Assembly: GCA_964396385.1 (NCBI GenBank)
Contig: CAYNFH010000005.1
Span: 1 to 63,590, forward strand
Length of the DNA stretch: 63,590 nucleotides
Reading direction: 5' to 3'
Source of the DNA: an uncultured Chthonomonadaceae bacterium
GTDB taxonomy: Bacteria > Armatimonadota > Chthonomonadetes > Chthonomonadales > CAJBBX01
Under the pieces are notes generated by a model. That model was given only the letters and a program-made list of their open reading frames with translations. It ran no database searches and had not been told where the DNA came from. The position numbers and the translations under genes are program-made. Positions 9,073 to 16,996 of this stretch are shown here, one piece after another. Numbering within the stretch: the first letter of the stretch is position 1; the number at the start of each line of letters is the position of its first letter.

Positions 9073-9564
9073 ATGACCTACTACACCTGTATGGACAGCC
9101 CAATTGGAGCGCTGATGCTGGTTTCGGATGGAACCGCGCTCACGACCGTCTACATGGCCGACCCGGCGCGCGGCCTGAGTCCGCAATGCGGCTGGCAGCA
9201 GAGCGAGGATGCCCGGCCGCTGGAGGAGGCGAGACGACAGCTCGAGGAGTACTTTGCGGGCTGCCGCACCACGTTCGACGTGCCGCTCAAGCCGCGTGGA
9301 ACGGAGTTCCAGCGCCGCGTGTGGCAGGAGCTCTGCCGCATTCCGTACGGCGTCACCATCAGCTATGGGGAGCTGGCGCGGCGCATTGGGAACCCGAACG
9401 CCTCCCGCGCCGTCGGGCTCGCGAACGGCCAGAACCCGCTCGCTATCGTGGTGCCCTGCCATCGCGTGATTGGCGCAAATGGCAAGCTGGTGGGGTATGG
9501 GGGTGGGTTGCCGCGCAAGCAGATGCTGCTGGAGCTGGAAAGGCGGGAAGGGCGGCCTTGCTAA
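9073..9564 (+). CDS. ogt: methylated-DNA--protein-cysteine methyltransferase
   Basis: IVVPCHRVIG active-site PCHR motif, TISYGELARRIGNP and ASRAVGLANGQNP. 163 aa. Confidence 0.9.
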   Translation: MTYYTCMDSPIGALMLVSDGTALTTVYMADPARGLSPQCGWQQSEDARPLEEARRQLEEYFAGCRTTFDVPLKPRGTEFQRRVWQELCRIPYGVTISYGELARRIGNPNASRAVGLANGQNPLAIVVPCHRVIGANGKLVGYGGGLPRKQMLLELERREGRPC

Positions 9565-9565
9565 T

Positions 9566-10861
9566 CTACTCGGTTCGGCCCGCGGCGGTGAGCGCCTTGC
9601 GCAGCAGGTCGCGCGCCTCGGGGCTAGTCGGCCGCAGCTCCAGCGCCCGCTTGGCCTCCACGATTGCGTATTGGGGGTTCTGATGCTGGAGGTAGTAGCG
9701 GGCGACGTCCATGTGGGCTGCCGGATCGTTGGGCTGCAGGTCAACGCGCAGGGTCAGCCGGAGATGCGCATCGCTCACGGAGTGAGCACGCTGATACTCG
9801 CGGATCAGCGTGGCTCTCTTTTCTGGCTGACCCGTTCTGTTGTAGAGCTGTCCAAGCACGGAAAGCGCATTCTGAAAGCCAGGGTCGATGGCCCGGACCC
9901 GCTCAAGGTCCTGGATCGCGGCGGCCGTATTCCCCAGGCGAGACTCCGCCACTCCCCGCACATAGATTGCATTCAGGAGTCCCGGGTTCGACCGCAAGGC
10001 ATTCGTCGCATCCTGGATAGCCGCTTGAGGATTCAACATGGCCAGTTGGATCTCCGCTCGCCTCGCGAGATAGTAGGGCTTGTCCGGAAGCACAGGCAGT
10101 GCCTGATCAAGAAGCTTCAGCGCCTCCGCGTATCGGGTGTTGCGCCAGTAAAAGTCGATGAGCGGGGCGGTGATGGCCGGATCGTTCGGCGCGAGCCGGC
10201 GTGCAGTGAGCAGCTCCCTCTCGGCCAGCACGAAGTTGTTGTTCTGGATGTAGGCCATGCCTAGCGCCACGTGAAGATGCTCGTCGTTGGGGTGGGCCTT
10301 TACCGCGTCTATGAGGAGCTGGCGCGCCTGGGGATTCCAGCCGAGCATAACGTACCTGTACGCGAGGAGGCCCGATGCGCGGGCATCTTTAGGATGCAGG
10401 ACCAGCGCGCGCTTCAGCGCGTCGATCTCCAAGTCCGGATAGTTGCAGCCGTCGAATACCTCCGCGGCCGTGAGGAGCGGCTCTGCCCGTCCAGGAGCCA
10501 GCCTAACTGCCTCCTGGACCTCTTTCACTGCTTCAGGACACTGCTTCTGCCGCGCCAGCGCCAGCGCCAGCGCCTGGTGGGCGGCCGGATCCTTCGGCGC
10601 GGCTCCGGCCGCCCGACGCGCCGCATCCACCTCATCCCGCGCGGCCTGCTGGGCCTGCTGCTGGCGGAGACGCTCGGCCGCTTCCTGCCGGAGCCCCCGC
10701 GTGTCCTCGGCCAGCCTCCTTCTGAGAGGGATAGTTGCGAGCCACACCACTAGTAGGAGCGCCACAATCGCTAACAGGCCCTCCACGGGCAGACGCGATG
10801 TTCGTCGAGGCTGGCTATCCGCCGTCGGTGTCGGCTTTGCAGTAGCGCGCCGGGCTTTCAA
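9566..10861 (-). CDS. membrane-anchored TPR-repeat protein (third gene of TPR-CRTAC1-TPR cassette)
   Basis: N-terminal TM segment LLAIVALLLVVWLATI followed by multiple TPR-like units (ALALARQ..., AHPNDEHLHVALGMAYIQNNNF...). TTG start at 10861, 3 nt after the upstream stop. Confidence 0.7.
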   Translation of the reverse strand: MKARRATAKPTPTADSQPRRTSRLPVEGLLAIVALLLVVWLATIPLRRRLAEDTRGLRQEAAERLRQQQAQQAARDEVDAARRAAGAAPKDPAAHQALALALARQKQCPEAVKEVQEAVRLAPGRAEPLLTAAEVFDGCNYPDLEIDALKRALVLHPKDARASGLLAYRYVMLGWNPQARQLLIDAVKAHPNDEHLHVALGMAYIQNNNFVLAERELLTARRLAPNDPAITAPLIDFYWRNTRYAEALKLLDQALPVLPDKPYYLARRAEIQLAMLNPQAAIQDATNALRSNPGLLNAIYVRGVAESRLGNTAAAIQDLERVRAIDPGFQNALSVLGQLYNRTGQPEKRATLIREYQRAHSVSDAHLRLTLRVDLQPNDPAAHMDVARYYLQHQNPQYAIVEAKRALELRPTSPEARDLLRKALTAAGRTE

Positions 10862-10877
10862 CCTTCAACCTTCAACC
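10859..10877. repeat. tandem heptamer CAACCTT x2.7 (GGTTGAA on minus strand) spanning a stop/start junction
   Basis: The minus strand reads ctg gtt gaa ggt tga agg ttg aaa. The same repeat encodes the CRTAC1 C-terminus (LVEG-stop) and the TTG start of the next gene. Confidence 0.6.
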
Positions 10878-12583
10878 AGAGTCGTCAAGCGGTCCACGGG
10901 AACGTCGCGGTACTCCGTGCGGCGCCCGTCCGGCCAGCGGATGGCCACCTTCTCTACGGAAGTCGCAGCGCCAAGGCCAAAGTGCAGGCGCGGATCGTTC
11001 GCGGAGGCAAAGCTGAAGCAAGTATGCACGAATCCGGTCTGTTTACGGCCGCCGGCATAAAGCTCGACCGTTGCTCCGATAGCTTCCGCATCGGGGGCCC
11101 GAGACTTGAGCATCAGCTCCACCCAGTGCCGGCGCGGCATGTTGTTCCGCAATACCATGGCGGGGCCGCTGTTGTTGTTCACTACCATCGCGACGCCGCC
11201 GTCATTGAAAAGGTCCCCAAAGGCGAGGCCGCGTCCGACGGCGGGAGTAGTAACCGCCGGGCCCCCGTCGGAGGAGCGATCCTCAAAGACGCCATGTCCT
11301 CTATTTTCCAGATAGACGCGTGGCTCGCGGTAGTGAGACCCGGGCTGGATCTGGTCGATGTGGTCCTGCACGTGTCCGTTGGCGAGGAAGAGATCGAGCC
11401 AGCCGTCGTTGTTCAGGTCCGCAAACCCGACTCCGAAGGTCAGCAGGGGCCGGGTGACCGCCCCGATGCCGGCCTGCTGGGATACATCCTGGAATCCGCC
11501 CACGGGGCTGTAGCGCCAGAGCGGCTCCTCCTGGCCCTCGTAAACGCCGGTGGTGCACCCCAACGAGCCATCGCCCGTGAAGTCCCCGAAGTCGCACCCC
11601 ATATTGGAGACCGCCGCGCCCTCCCCGTTAAACGCGATGCCGGATTCCGCCGCGGTGTCGTGGAACCGGCCGCCGCCATCGTTGTGGTACAGGAAGTTGG
11701 CCGTTCCGTCGTTGGCCACAAACAGGTCCAGCTTACCGTCACGGTCGTAGTCCACCGTCACAATGCCCAACCCCCGCCCGGAGCTCTCCTGCAGCCCCCA
11801 TTGCGCAGTGACGTCCTTGAAGGTTCCGTCTCCCATATTGCGGTATGCCACGTCCGGCTCCGCCGGGTAGTCGTAGGGCGGACAGCTCGACGGGTATCCG
11901 CGAAAGTCGCAGAGCTGCTTGGACTGGGCGTTGAACTGGCAGTACCTGGCGACGTACAGGTCGGGCTTGCCGTCTCCATCCAGATCCGCAAAGGCGGCAG
12001 CAGTCGAGAAGCCGCCGGTCTCTACGCCTGCTCTCTGGGTCACGTCTTTGAACGTGCCGTTCCCCTCATTGTGGAAGAGGATGTTCTTACCATAGTAGGT
12101 GACATAAAGATCTAGCTTCCCATCTCCATCGTAATCTCCCACGGCGCATCCCATGCCGAAGCCGTGCCCCAGCCCCGCAACTCCGGCCTTCTGCGTCACG
12201 TCTGTGAAGGTGCCGTCGTGGTTGTTGTGGTACAGGTGGTTGCCGTCTCCGGGAGGTGACTTGCCGTTGACGAGGAAGATGTCCAGCCAGCCGTCATTGT
12301 CGTAGTCGAACACTCCGCAGCCCGAGCCGGTAGTCTCCACGATGTTGGCGCCCGCCCCCTGTCCGTTCTTGTGCTCGAAACGGATGCCTGCCTGCTGAGC
12401 GATTTCCGTGAAGAGAAACCGCCGGTCGTCTCCAGGCGGGGGGCGGCGGGTAGCGGGCGCCGGGCCGCAGCCGAAGAGGGCGAGGAGACAGAATGACGAG
12501 GCGACGCGGCGAACGGGCGAGGGGGCGAATCCGGACTCGCCGCGTCCCCGAGTCGCCGCGTCCCCGCGTCGGACCTCCGTCAT
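10865..12583 (-). CDS. CRTAC1-family lipoprotein (FG-GAP/VCBS repeats + ASPIC/UnbV C-terminal domain)
   Basis: Repeated DYDNDGWLDIFLVNG / DYDGDGKLDLYVTYY / DLDGDGKPDLYVARY / DYDRDGKLDLFVAND units. C-terminal ...FASANDPRLHFGLGAATSVEKVAIRWPDGRRTEY. Lipobox LLALFGC. The ATG overlaps the upstream stop (ATGA). Confidence 0.85.
   Translation of the reverse strand: MTEVRRGDAATRGRGESGFAPSPVRRVASSFCLLALFGCGPAPATRRPPPGDDRRFLFTEIAQQAGIRFEHKNGQGAGANIVETTGSGCGVFDYDNDGWLDIFLVNGKSPPGDGNHLYHNNHDGTFTDVTQKAGVAGLGHGFGMGCAVGDYDGDGKLDLYVTYYGKNILFHNEGNGTFKDVTQRAGVETGGFSTAAAFADLDGDGKPDLYVARYCQFNAQSKQLCDFRGYPSSCPPYDYPAEPDVAYRNMGDGTFKDVTAQWGLQESSGRGLGIVTVDYDRDGKLDLFVANDGTANFLYHNDGGGRFHDTAAESGIAFNGEGAAVSNMGCDFGDFTGDGSLGCTTGVYEGQEEPLWRYSPVGGFQDVSQQAGIGAVTRPLLTFGVGFADLNNDGWLDLFLANGHVQDHIDQIQPGSHYREPRVYLENRGHGVFEDRSSDGGPAVTTPAVGRGLAFGDLFNDGGVAMVVNNNSGPAMVLRNNMPRRHWVELMLKSRAPDAEAIGATVELYAGGRKQTGFVHTCFSFASANDPRLHFGLGAATSVEKVAIRWPDGRRTEYRDVPVDRLTTLVEG
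12523..12564. repeat. GGCGA-ATCCGGAC-TCGCC hairpin plus 13-nt direct repeat TCGCCGCGTCCCC x2, inside the CRTAC1 N-terminal codons
   Basis: Read directly. It carries the same GAATCCGGA core as the intergenic elements and encodes GDAATRGRGESGFAP upstream of the lipobox. Confidence 0.6.
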
Positions 12584-13776
12584 CGCGCCGCCTGTTTGGC
12601 TTCCGTCAGCCGGCCCATGGACTTGAGCGCCGATACCAGCAGGTCACGCGCCTGCTGGTCGCGGGGATTCAGCCGGAGCGCCTCGCGCAGCTCTACGACA
12701 GCGTCCGGTAATTGCCCCGTGTTGAGGTAGGCCCGTCCCATGTCCCGATGTGCGTTGGAGTCCGCGGGGTTGCGCATTACGGCGTCCCGCGCGGCGGCAA
12801 ACCGCTGCTCCTGATCGAATATAGCGCCGTACTGTCTACGCAGCCGGCTGCCCCTTGCGCGCCGGGCCGGATCGTGGGAGCGCAGGTAGAGGCTGCCGAG
12901 ATACTCCGAAACGCGCTCAAATCGCGGATCCTTACGGTACGTGACCTCGTATTGCGGGATGGCCTGCTGCCACTTGCCCGTTAGCTCCAGCGCCCGACCC
13001 AGCCAGTAGTGTGCGTCCGTGTCTTCTGGCCTTATCTTGAGCGCCGCGCGCGCGGCTTGCTCCGCGTCCTTGAAACGTGGGGGATGCCAGCGCGTGTCCA
13101 GCAGGAGGTGCGCCATGCCGACGTATGCCGCCTCCCTCCTGCGGGCGTCCGGCGCCAGGCGAATCACGCGGCCCAGCAGCCCCTCCGCTTCGTTCATCCG
13201 GCCCTGAAGCCGGTCCGCCTCTGCGAGCAGCACCAGGAGCTGGGTGTTGTCCGGGTGGCGCTTCAGTCCTTCTCGCGCCGCCTGTTCCATGGCCGGATAT
13301 TGGAAGCGCATGTAGGCCTGGGTTGCCAGATCGCTGAAGATTCGCGGATCGTCCGGGTTTACACGGATCGCCTGGAAGATAAGCGGCCGGGCACGATCAA
13401 ACCAGGCCAGCCGAAGATAGATCTCGGCAATACGCAGGGCGCTGTCGGAGTCGGAAGGGTTGAGCCTGGCTGCCGCCGCCAGCTCCTCTATCTGCCGGTC
13501 CAGGTATCCCGAACGAGCGTAAATGGTTGCCAGCCGCTTATGGACGGTGGCGTTGGAAGGCGCGGCGCGCTCAGCTTCTCGAAGTGCGGCAGCCGCGGCC
13601 GGGAGGTTGCCGGACTTCTCGTATGCCTGAGCTTTACGGAGGAGCGGCGTGACGCTGCCGGACTTCTGCGGGCGCTGCGTCAATGCCGTGGTGGCCTCTG
13701 TCGGCAGACTTATGAGGCCGCATAGGGCCATGGAAATGACCGCGGCGTAACGACAGCCGCGGCGGCGGGAGAACAT
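12580..13776 (-). CDS. secreted TPR-repeat protein (first gene of cassette)
   Basis: Signal-like MFSRRRGCRYAAVISMALCGLISLPTEA followed by about 9 TPR-like units (KAQAYEKSGNLPAAAAALREAERAAP...). Confidence 0.75.
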   Translation of the reverse strand: MFSRRRGCRYAAVISMALCGLISLPTEATTALTQRPQKSGSVTPLLRKAQAYEKSGNLPAAAAALREAERAAPSNATVHKRLATIYARSGYLDRQIEELAAAARLNPSDSDSALRIAEIYLRLAWFDRARPLIFQAIRVNPDDPRIFSDLATQAYMRFQYPAMEQAAREGLKRHPDNTQLLVLLAEADRLQGRMNEAEGLLGRVIRLAPDARRREAAYVGMAHLLLDTRWHPPRFKDAEQAARAALKIRPEDTDAHYWLGRALELTGKWQQAIPQYEVTYRKDPRFERVSEYLGSLYLRSHDPARRARGSRLRRQYGAIFDQEQRFAAARDAVMRNPADSNAHRDMGRAYLNTGQLPDAVVELREALRLNPRDQQARDLLVSALKSMGRLTEAKQAAR

Positions 13777-13805
13777 GATTGGGTTGAGGCGAGAAGGAGA
13801 GTTAG

Positions 13806-14045
13806 CTACTTTGTGGCAGCGGAAGTACCCATCGAACTCGGCCCGGGCGGCATAGGCAGCGGCGTTCCGTGCTTCTTCAGATACTCCTCCTGCATTGCCT
13901 TGAGGCCCGATCCGGCTCGCGAATACGCCTCCTCGGTCGACATGCTTGGCTTGTGGAAATATCTAAAATAGAAGAAGACGCAGATAACGATCGCTACGAT
14001 GACCACGACGGCTATACCGGCCGGTCCACTAATGTTTTGCTTCAT
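13806..14045 (-). CDS. small single-pass membrane protein
   Basis: 79 aa with TM segment IAVVVIVAIVICVFFYF. Co-directional, downstream of the pseudopilin gene. No recognisable family. Confidence 0.5.
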   Translation of the reverse strand: MKQNISGPAGIAVVVIVAIVICVFFYFRYFHKPSMSTEEAYSRAGSGLKAMQEEYLKKHGTPLPMPPGPSSMGTSAATK

Positions 14046-14090
14046 CGCATCAAACCCTTCCAGGCTGGAGGTCAGCCGGACTCAGTATAC

Positions 14091-14130
14091 CAGTGGCGTC
14101 CCGAACCGGTTCCAACTCGGGACGCCACTG
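14091..14130 (-). promoter_or_regulatory. perfect 14-bp intercistronic stem-loop between pseudopilin and small membrane protein genes
   Basis: CAGTGGCGTCCCGA(14091-14104) / loop ACCGGTTCCAAC / TCGGGACGCCACTG(14117-14130). No U-tract on the minus-strand RNA, so it looks like a stabiliser, processing or attenuation site rather than a canonical terminator. Confidence 0.6.
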
Positions 14131-14140
14131 GGACAGTAGG

Positions 14141-15067
14141 CTATCCGCCGTTTACGTACGTACCCGCGTACAGATCGTTGGTAATGCGACTGTTCTTGTA
14201 GTACTTTGCGTGGCCATCCGCCAGGGCGATGTTGTCGCCTGCCGTATGGCGGGAGTAGCTGTCCCACGCCGGGGGCGCCTGGCTGCAGGGATCCGGATAG
14301 TAGAAGTCGAGCGTGGGATTGTTCAAGTAGCCTTCGGGATAAGCCACCTTGTGTATCAGACAGTAGTGCGCCGGGTCGTTCGGATCGTTCGGGTCCGGAG
14401 TGCGCGTCCACTGGCTGTAGTTCTTATAGGCGGAGCCGTTATAGGCCGAACCGGTCGTGGGGTACCACGCGTCAGCGACGAGCATCGTGGAAGCTACTTT
14501 GTCGAGCTGCGCCATCGACGTCCCCGACGTGCCGGGATACGGATTGGTGACCGGCCCGCCCAGCTCACCGAACTGCAGGGGCTCATTTACGCCATAGGAC
14601 ATAATGACGTGCCAGAGGGCCGGGTCAATGCCGTATCTCTGCATGTTCGCGTCGCCTTTTTGGGACCAGCCGCCCATCCCAGTGGCGCTCGGCGTGGCCT
14701 TCAGGCGATCATCCGGGCAAGCATAGACCCCGCCGTTCTTTACGTACGGATAGATGGCGTTGAACCACACGCCGCTGTATTTGGCCTGGCCGGCCGCGCC
14801 ATCCGGGCAGCCGGCAACCGGTCCGGCGTCCCTGTTGCACGACCATTCCCAGTACGGGAAGGTCTCGTCGTAATCCTGGGCGTACATCTGGAAACCCAGG
14901 TCCAACTGCTTGAGATTGGAAAGACACGAGATGGCGCGGGCCTTCTCGCGGGCCTGAGCGAACACCGGGAAGAGGATCGCCGCGAGAATCGCGATAATCG
15001 CGATGACGACGAGCAGCTCTATCAGGGTGAACGCCTGGCGCCCATGGTGTGTGCGCCTAGTAATCAT
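14141..15067 (-). CDS. prepilin-type N-terminal cleavage/methylation domain protein with H-X9-DG motif (DUF1559-like pseudopilin)
   Basis: [45 protein letters not shown] and C-terminal [19 protein letters not shown] (H-X9-DG). Trimmed to ATG 15067 ([11 protein letters not shown]), which has AGAGGAG upstream. Confidence 0.85.
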   Translation of the reverse strand: MITRRTHHGRQAFTLIELLVVIAIIAILAAILFPVFAQAREKARAISCLSNLKQLDLGFQMYAQDYDETFPYWEWSCNRDAGPVAGCPDGAAGQAKYSGVWFNAIYPYVKNGGVYACPDDRLKATPSATGMGGWSQKGDANMQRYGIDPALWHVIMSYGVNEPLQFGELGGPVTNPYPGTSGTSMAQLDKVASTMLVADAWYPTTGSAYNGSAYKNYSQWTRTPDPNDPNDPAHYCLIHKVAYPEGYLNNPTLDFYYPDPCSQAPPAWDSYSRHTAGDNIALADGHAKYYKNSRITNDLYAGTYVNGG

Positions 15068-15159
15068 TCTTGCACTCCTCTGTGTAAGAGATTGGGGAAT
15101 AGCGCCCTCACAGGTGGGGCGCGCATTAGATAATGCCGGGGAAACCACTGCCAAGAATG

Positions 15160-16221
15160 TCAAATGGTCGCGGTCACCTCCTTCACTCGGGGCGGAGCCG
15201 TGGACTGCCTCACCAGCAGCTCTACAGGGCAGACTGCGCAGTTTACGTTCTGGTTCCTGTCTGATCCAGCGATCCGGTCCACTGCCAGCTCGACGGCCGC
15301 TCTGCCCATCTGGTCCAGGTCCTGCCGGATGGTGGTCAGCGGCGGCGAGGTCACCGGGGCCGAAGGCGTGTCGTCAAATCCGATGACGGAGAGGTCCTCC
15401 GGAATCCTGAGACCGAGCTGAGAGGCCGTTCGGTACAGGTCCTCCGCCACAAAGTCGTTCCAGGCGAGCACCGCCGTGGCGGGCTTTTCGCATGCTACGA
15501 ACCGGCCCAGGACCTCCTCGGTTACGCCCACCTTCCACAGATAGGGAACGATGAGGTCTTCCCGCACCGGCAGCCCGAGCCGCTCAAGCGTTTCCTGGAA
15601 GGCGGCCACACGGGAGATGCAGTCGTATTCACGCCGGGGGCCGGTCAGGTAGCCGATATGCCGGTGCCCCAGCGCCGCAAGATGCTTCACGGCAGCGCGG
15701 ATGCCGGCTTCATTGTCGCTGTCCACCCAGAGGGTCTCCGGTTCCTTGCTGCGGCAGCACATGGTGACAACCGGAATGCCCGCTTCCCGCAGATGCCCGA
15801 TCAGGAGACAGTCCGGCGATGGATTGATGAGAATGAAAGCGTCGCTCCGCCCGTCCGCGTACCGGTCCAGCTCCTTGACGGAAGCGGCATCTCCCGGATA
15901 GCCGTAGACCATCGGGTTGTAGCCGCACTGCAGCGCCTGACTAAAGATAGCCGAGAGCAGCCCGTGCTCAAATGCGTGCACCGAGCGGCGAATGAACGGG
16001 CTGATGGTGCAGACCACGCCTAAGACGTCCGCGCGCTGCTTGGTGAGTGCGCGAGCCACGCCGTTCGGCCGGAACTGAAGCGACCGCGCGGCGTCAAAGA
16101 CGCGCTGGCGCGTGGCTTCGGGGATGTTGCTGTTTCCCTTGCCATTCAGAACCAGCGAGGCTGTCGTTTTGGAGACCCCGGCGATCCGGGCGACGTCTAC
16201 CAGGGTCGGGCGTGTCTTCAT
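15160..16221 (-). CDS. LacI-family transcriptional regulator
   Basis: [32 protein letters not shown] followed by a periplasmic-binding-protein-like core. Trimmed from the track start 16374 to ATG 16221. Confidence 0.85.
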   Translation of the reverse strand: MKTRPTLVDVARIAGVSKTTASLVLNGKGNSNIPEATRQRVFDAARSLQFRPNGVARALTKQRADVLGVVCTISPFIRRSVHAFEHGLLSAIFSQALQCGYNPMVYGYPGDAASVKELDRYADGRSDAFILINPSPDCLLIGHLREAGIPVVTMCCRSKEPETLWVDSDNEAGIRAAVKHLAALGHRHIGYLTGPRREYDCISRVAAFQETLERLGLPVREDLIVPYLWKVGVTEEVLGRFVACEKPATAVLAWNDFVAEDLYRTASQLGLRIPEDLSVIGFDDTPSAPVTSPPLTTIRQDLDQMGRAAVELAVDRIAGSDRNQNVNCAVCPVELLVRQSTAPPRVKEVTATI

Positions 16222-16242
16222 GGGGCGCGAAGGTTCCGGCTG

Positions 16243-16256
16243 GTAAACCGGTTTAC
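16243..16256. promoter_or_regulatory. perfect 14-bp palindrome GTAAACCGGTTTAC, candidate LacI-type operator 22 nt upstream of lacI-like start
   Basis: Read directly. The minus strand also shows TTGACA-17nt-TATCTT just upstream, and there is a second palindrome TTAAGCttGCTTAA at 16301..16314. Confidence 0.5.
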
Positions 16257-16346
16257 TGCGTGGGACAAAGATAACAGATGAGCGGACGGATGTCAATAGG
16301 TTAAGCTTGCTTAATTTTGAGGAGGGAGGGAAAGCGGGGAAGCCTA

Positions 16347-16405
16347 AGACCACGGACGGCGGACCACGGGCCACGGAATCCGGAGTCGTCCGTCGTCTGT
16401 GGTCT
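16347..16405. repeat. palindromic element, GACGG-type arms around CACGGAATCCGGAG core
   Basis: AGACCACGGACGGCGGACC...GGAATCCGGA...GTCGTCCGTCGTCTGTGGTCT. The arm mismatches are G.T on the plus strand. It abuts and overlaps the PilZ stop codon (16404..16406). Confidence 0.75.
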
Positions 16406-16838
16406 ACCCGATGCAGGTGAGCTCCGCGGCGTAGGGGGCGAGCGGATCTGTCCAGCCCTTGGTGAATAGCTGAATGGCGGAGCGCAGCCGCTGCTGTTCG
16501 TCCGCGGTGAGATCCAGAATGGTCACCCCGTAGCGGAACAGTCCGTCCGGCTGTCTGCGCCTATGGACCGCCCGAACCGGGAGAGACAGCTCGACCGTTC
16601 GATGGGGGCATACCGTGAGCCGGACCTCCGCCCCAACGTGCAGCGCAGCCGGAACGCAGATGAGCAGGCCCGCCATGCTAACCACCATGGCAGTTCCTTC
16701 AGCTCGCTGCCTATCCCATTCCACGGCGAGCGGCCAGTCACAATCGTACCGCGGCGCCCGGCGCCGTTCGGCCGGTGTCTTTAGTCTGGCAAGTGTCTCG
16801 TCCATGGCCCGCCTGTCTTCCGAGAAGAGCATGTTCAT
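16404..16838 (-). CDS. PilZ-domain protein (c-di-GMP receptor-like)
   Basis: RRAPR (RxxxR) followed about 30 aa later by VVSMAGLLI (degenerate D/NxSxxG). 144 aa. Confidence 0.6.
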   Translation of the reverse strand: MNMLFSEDRRAMDETLARLKTPAERRRAPRYDCDWPLAVEWDRQRAEGTAMVVSMAGLLICVPAALHVGAEVRLTVCPHRTVELSLPVRAVHRRRQPDGLFRYGVTILDLTADEQQRLRSAIQLFTKGWTDPLAPYAAELTCIG

Positions 16839-16996
16839 CTGAGAACGTTCCGAATCACGCGTGGGTGAGAAATGCTGAGCTCAGGACAGCCAGGTCCTGG
16901 GGCAGCGGCCGCCGTTGTCATGGCGAAATTGTCCGTCCATCCCGGATTCTGGCGGCGCGGACATGGAATGTTGCTGTACAAACTGCCGGCTTGTAG

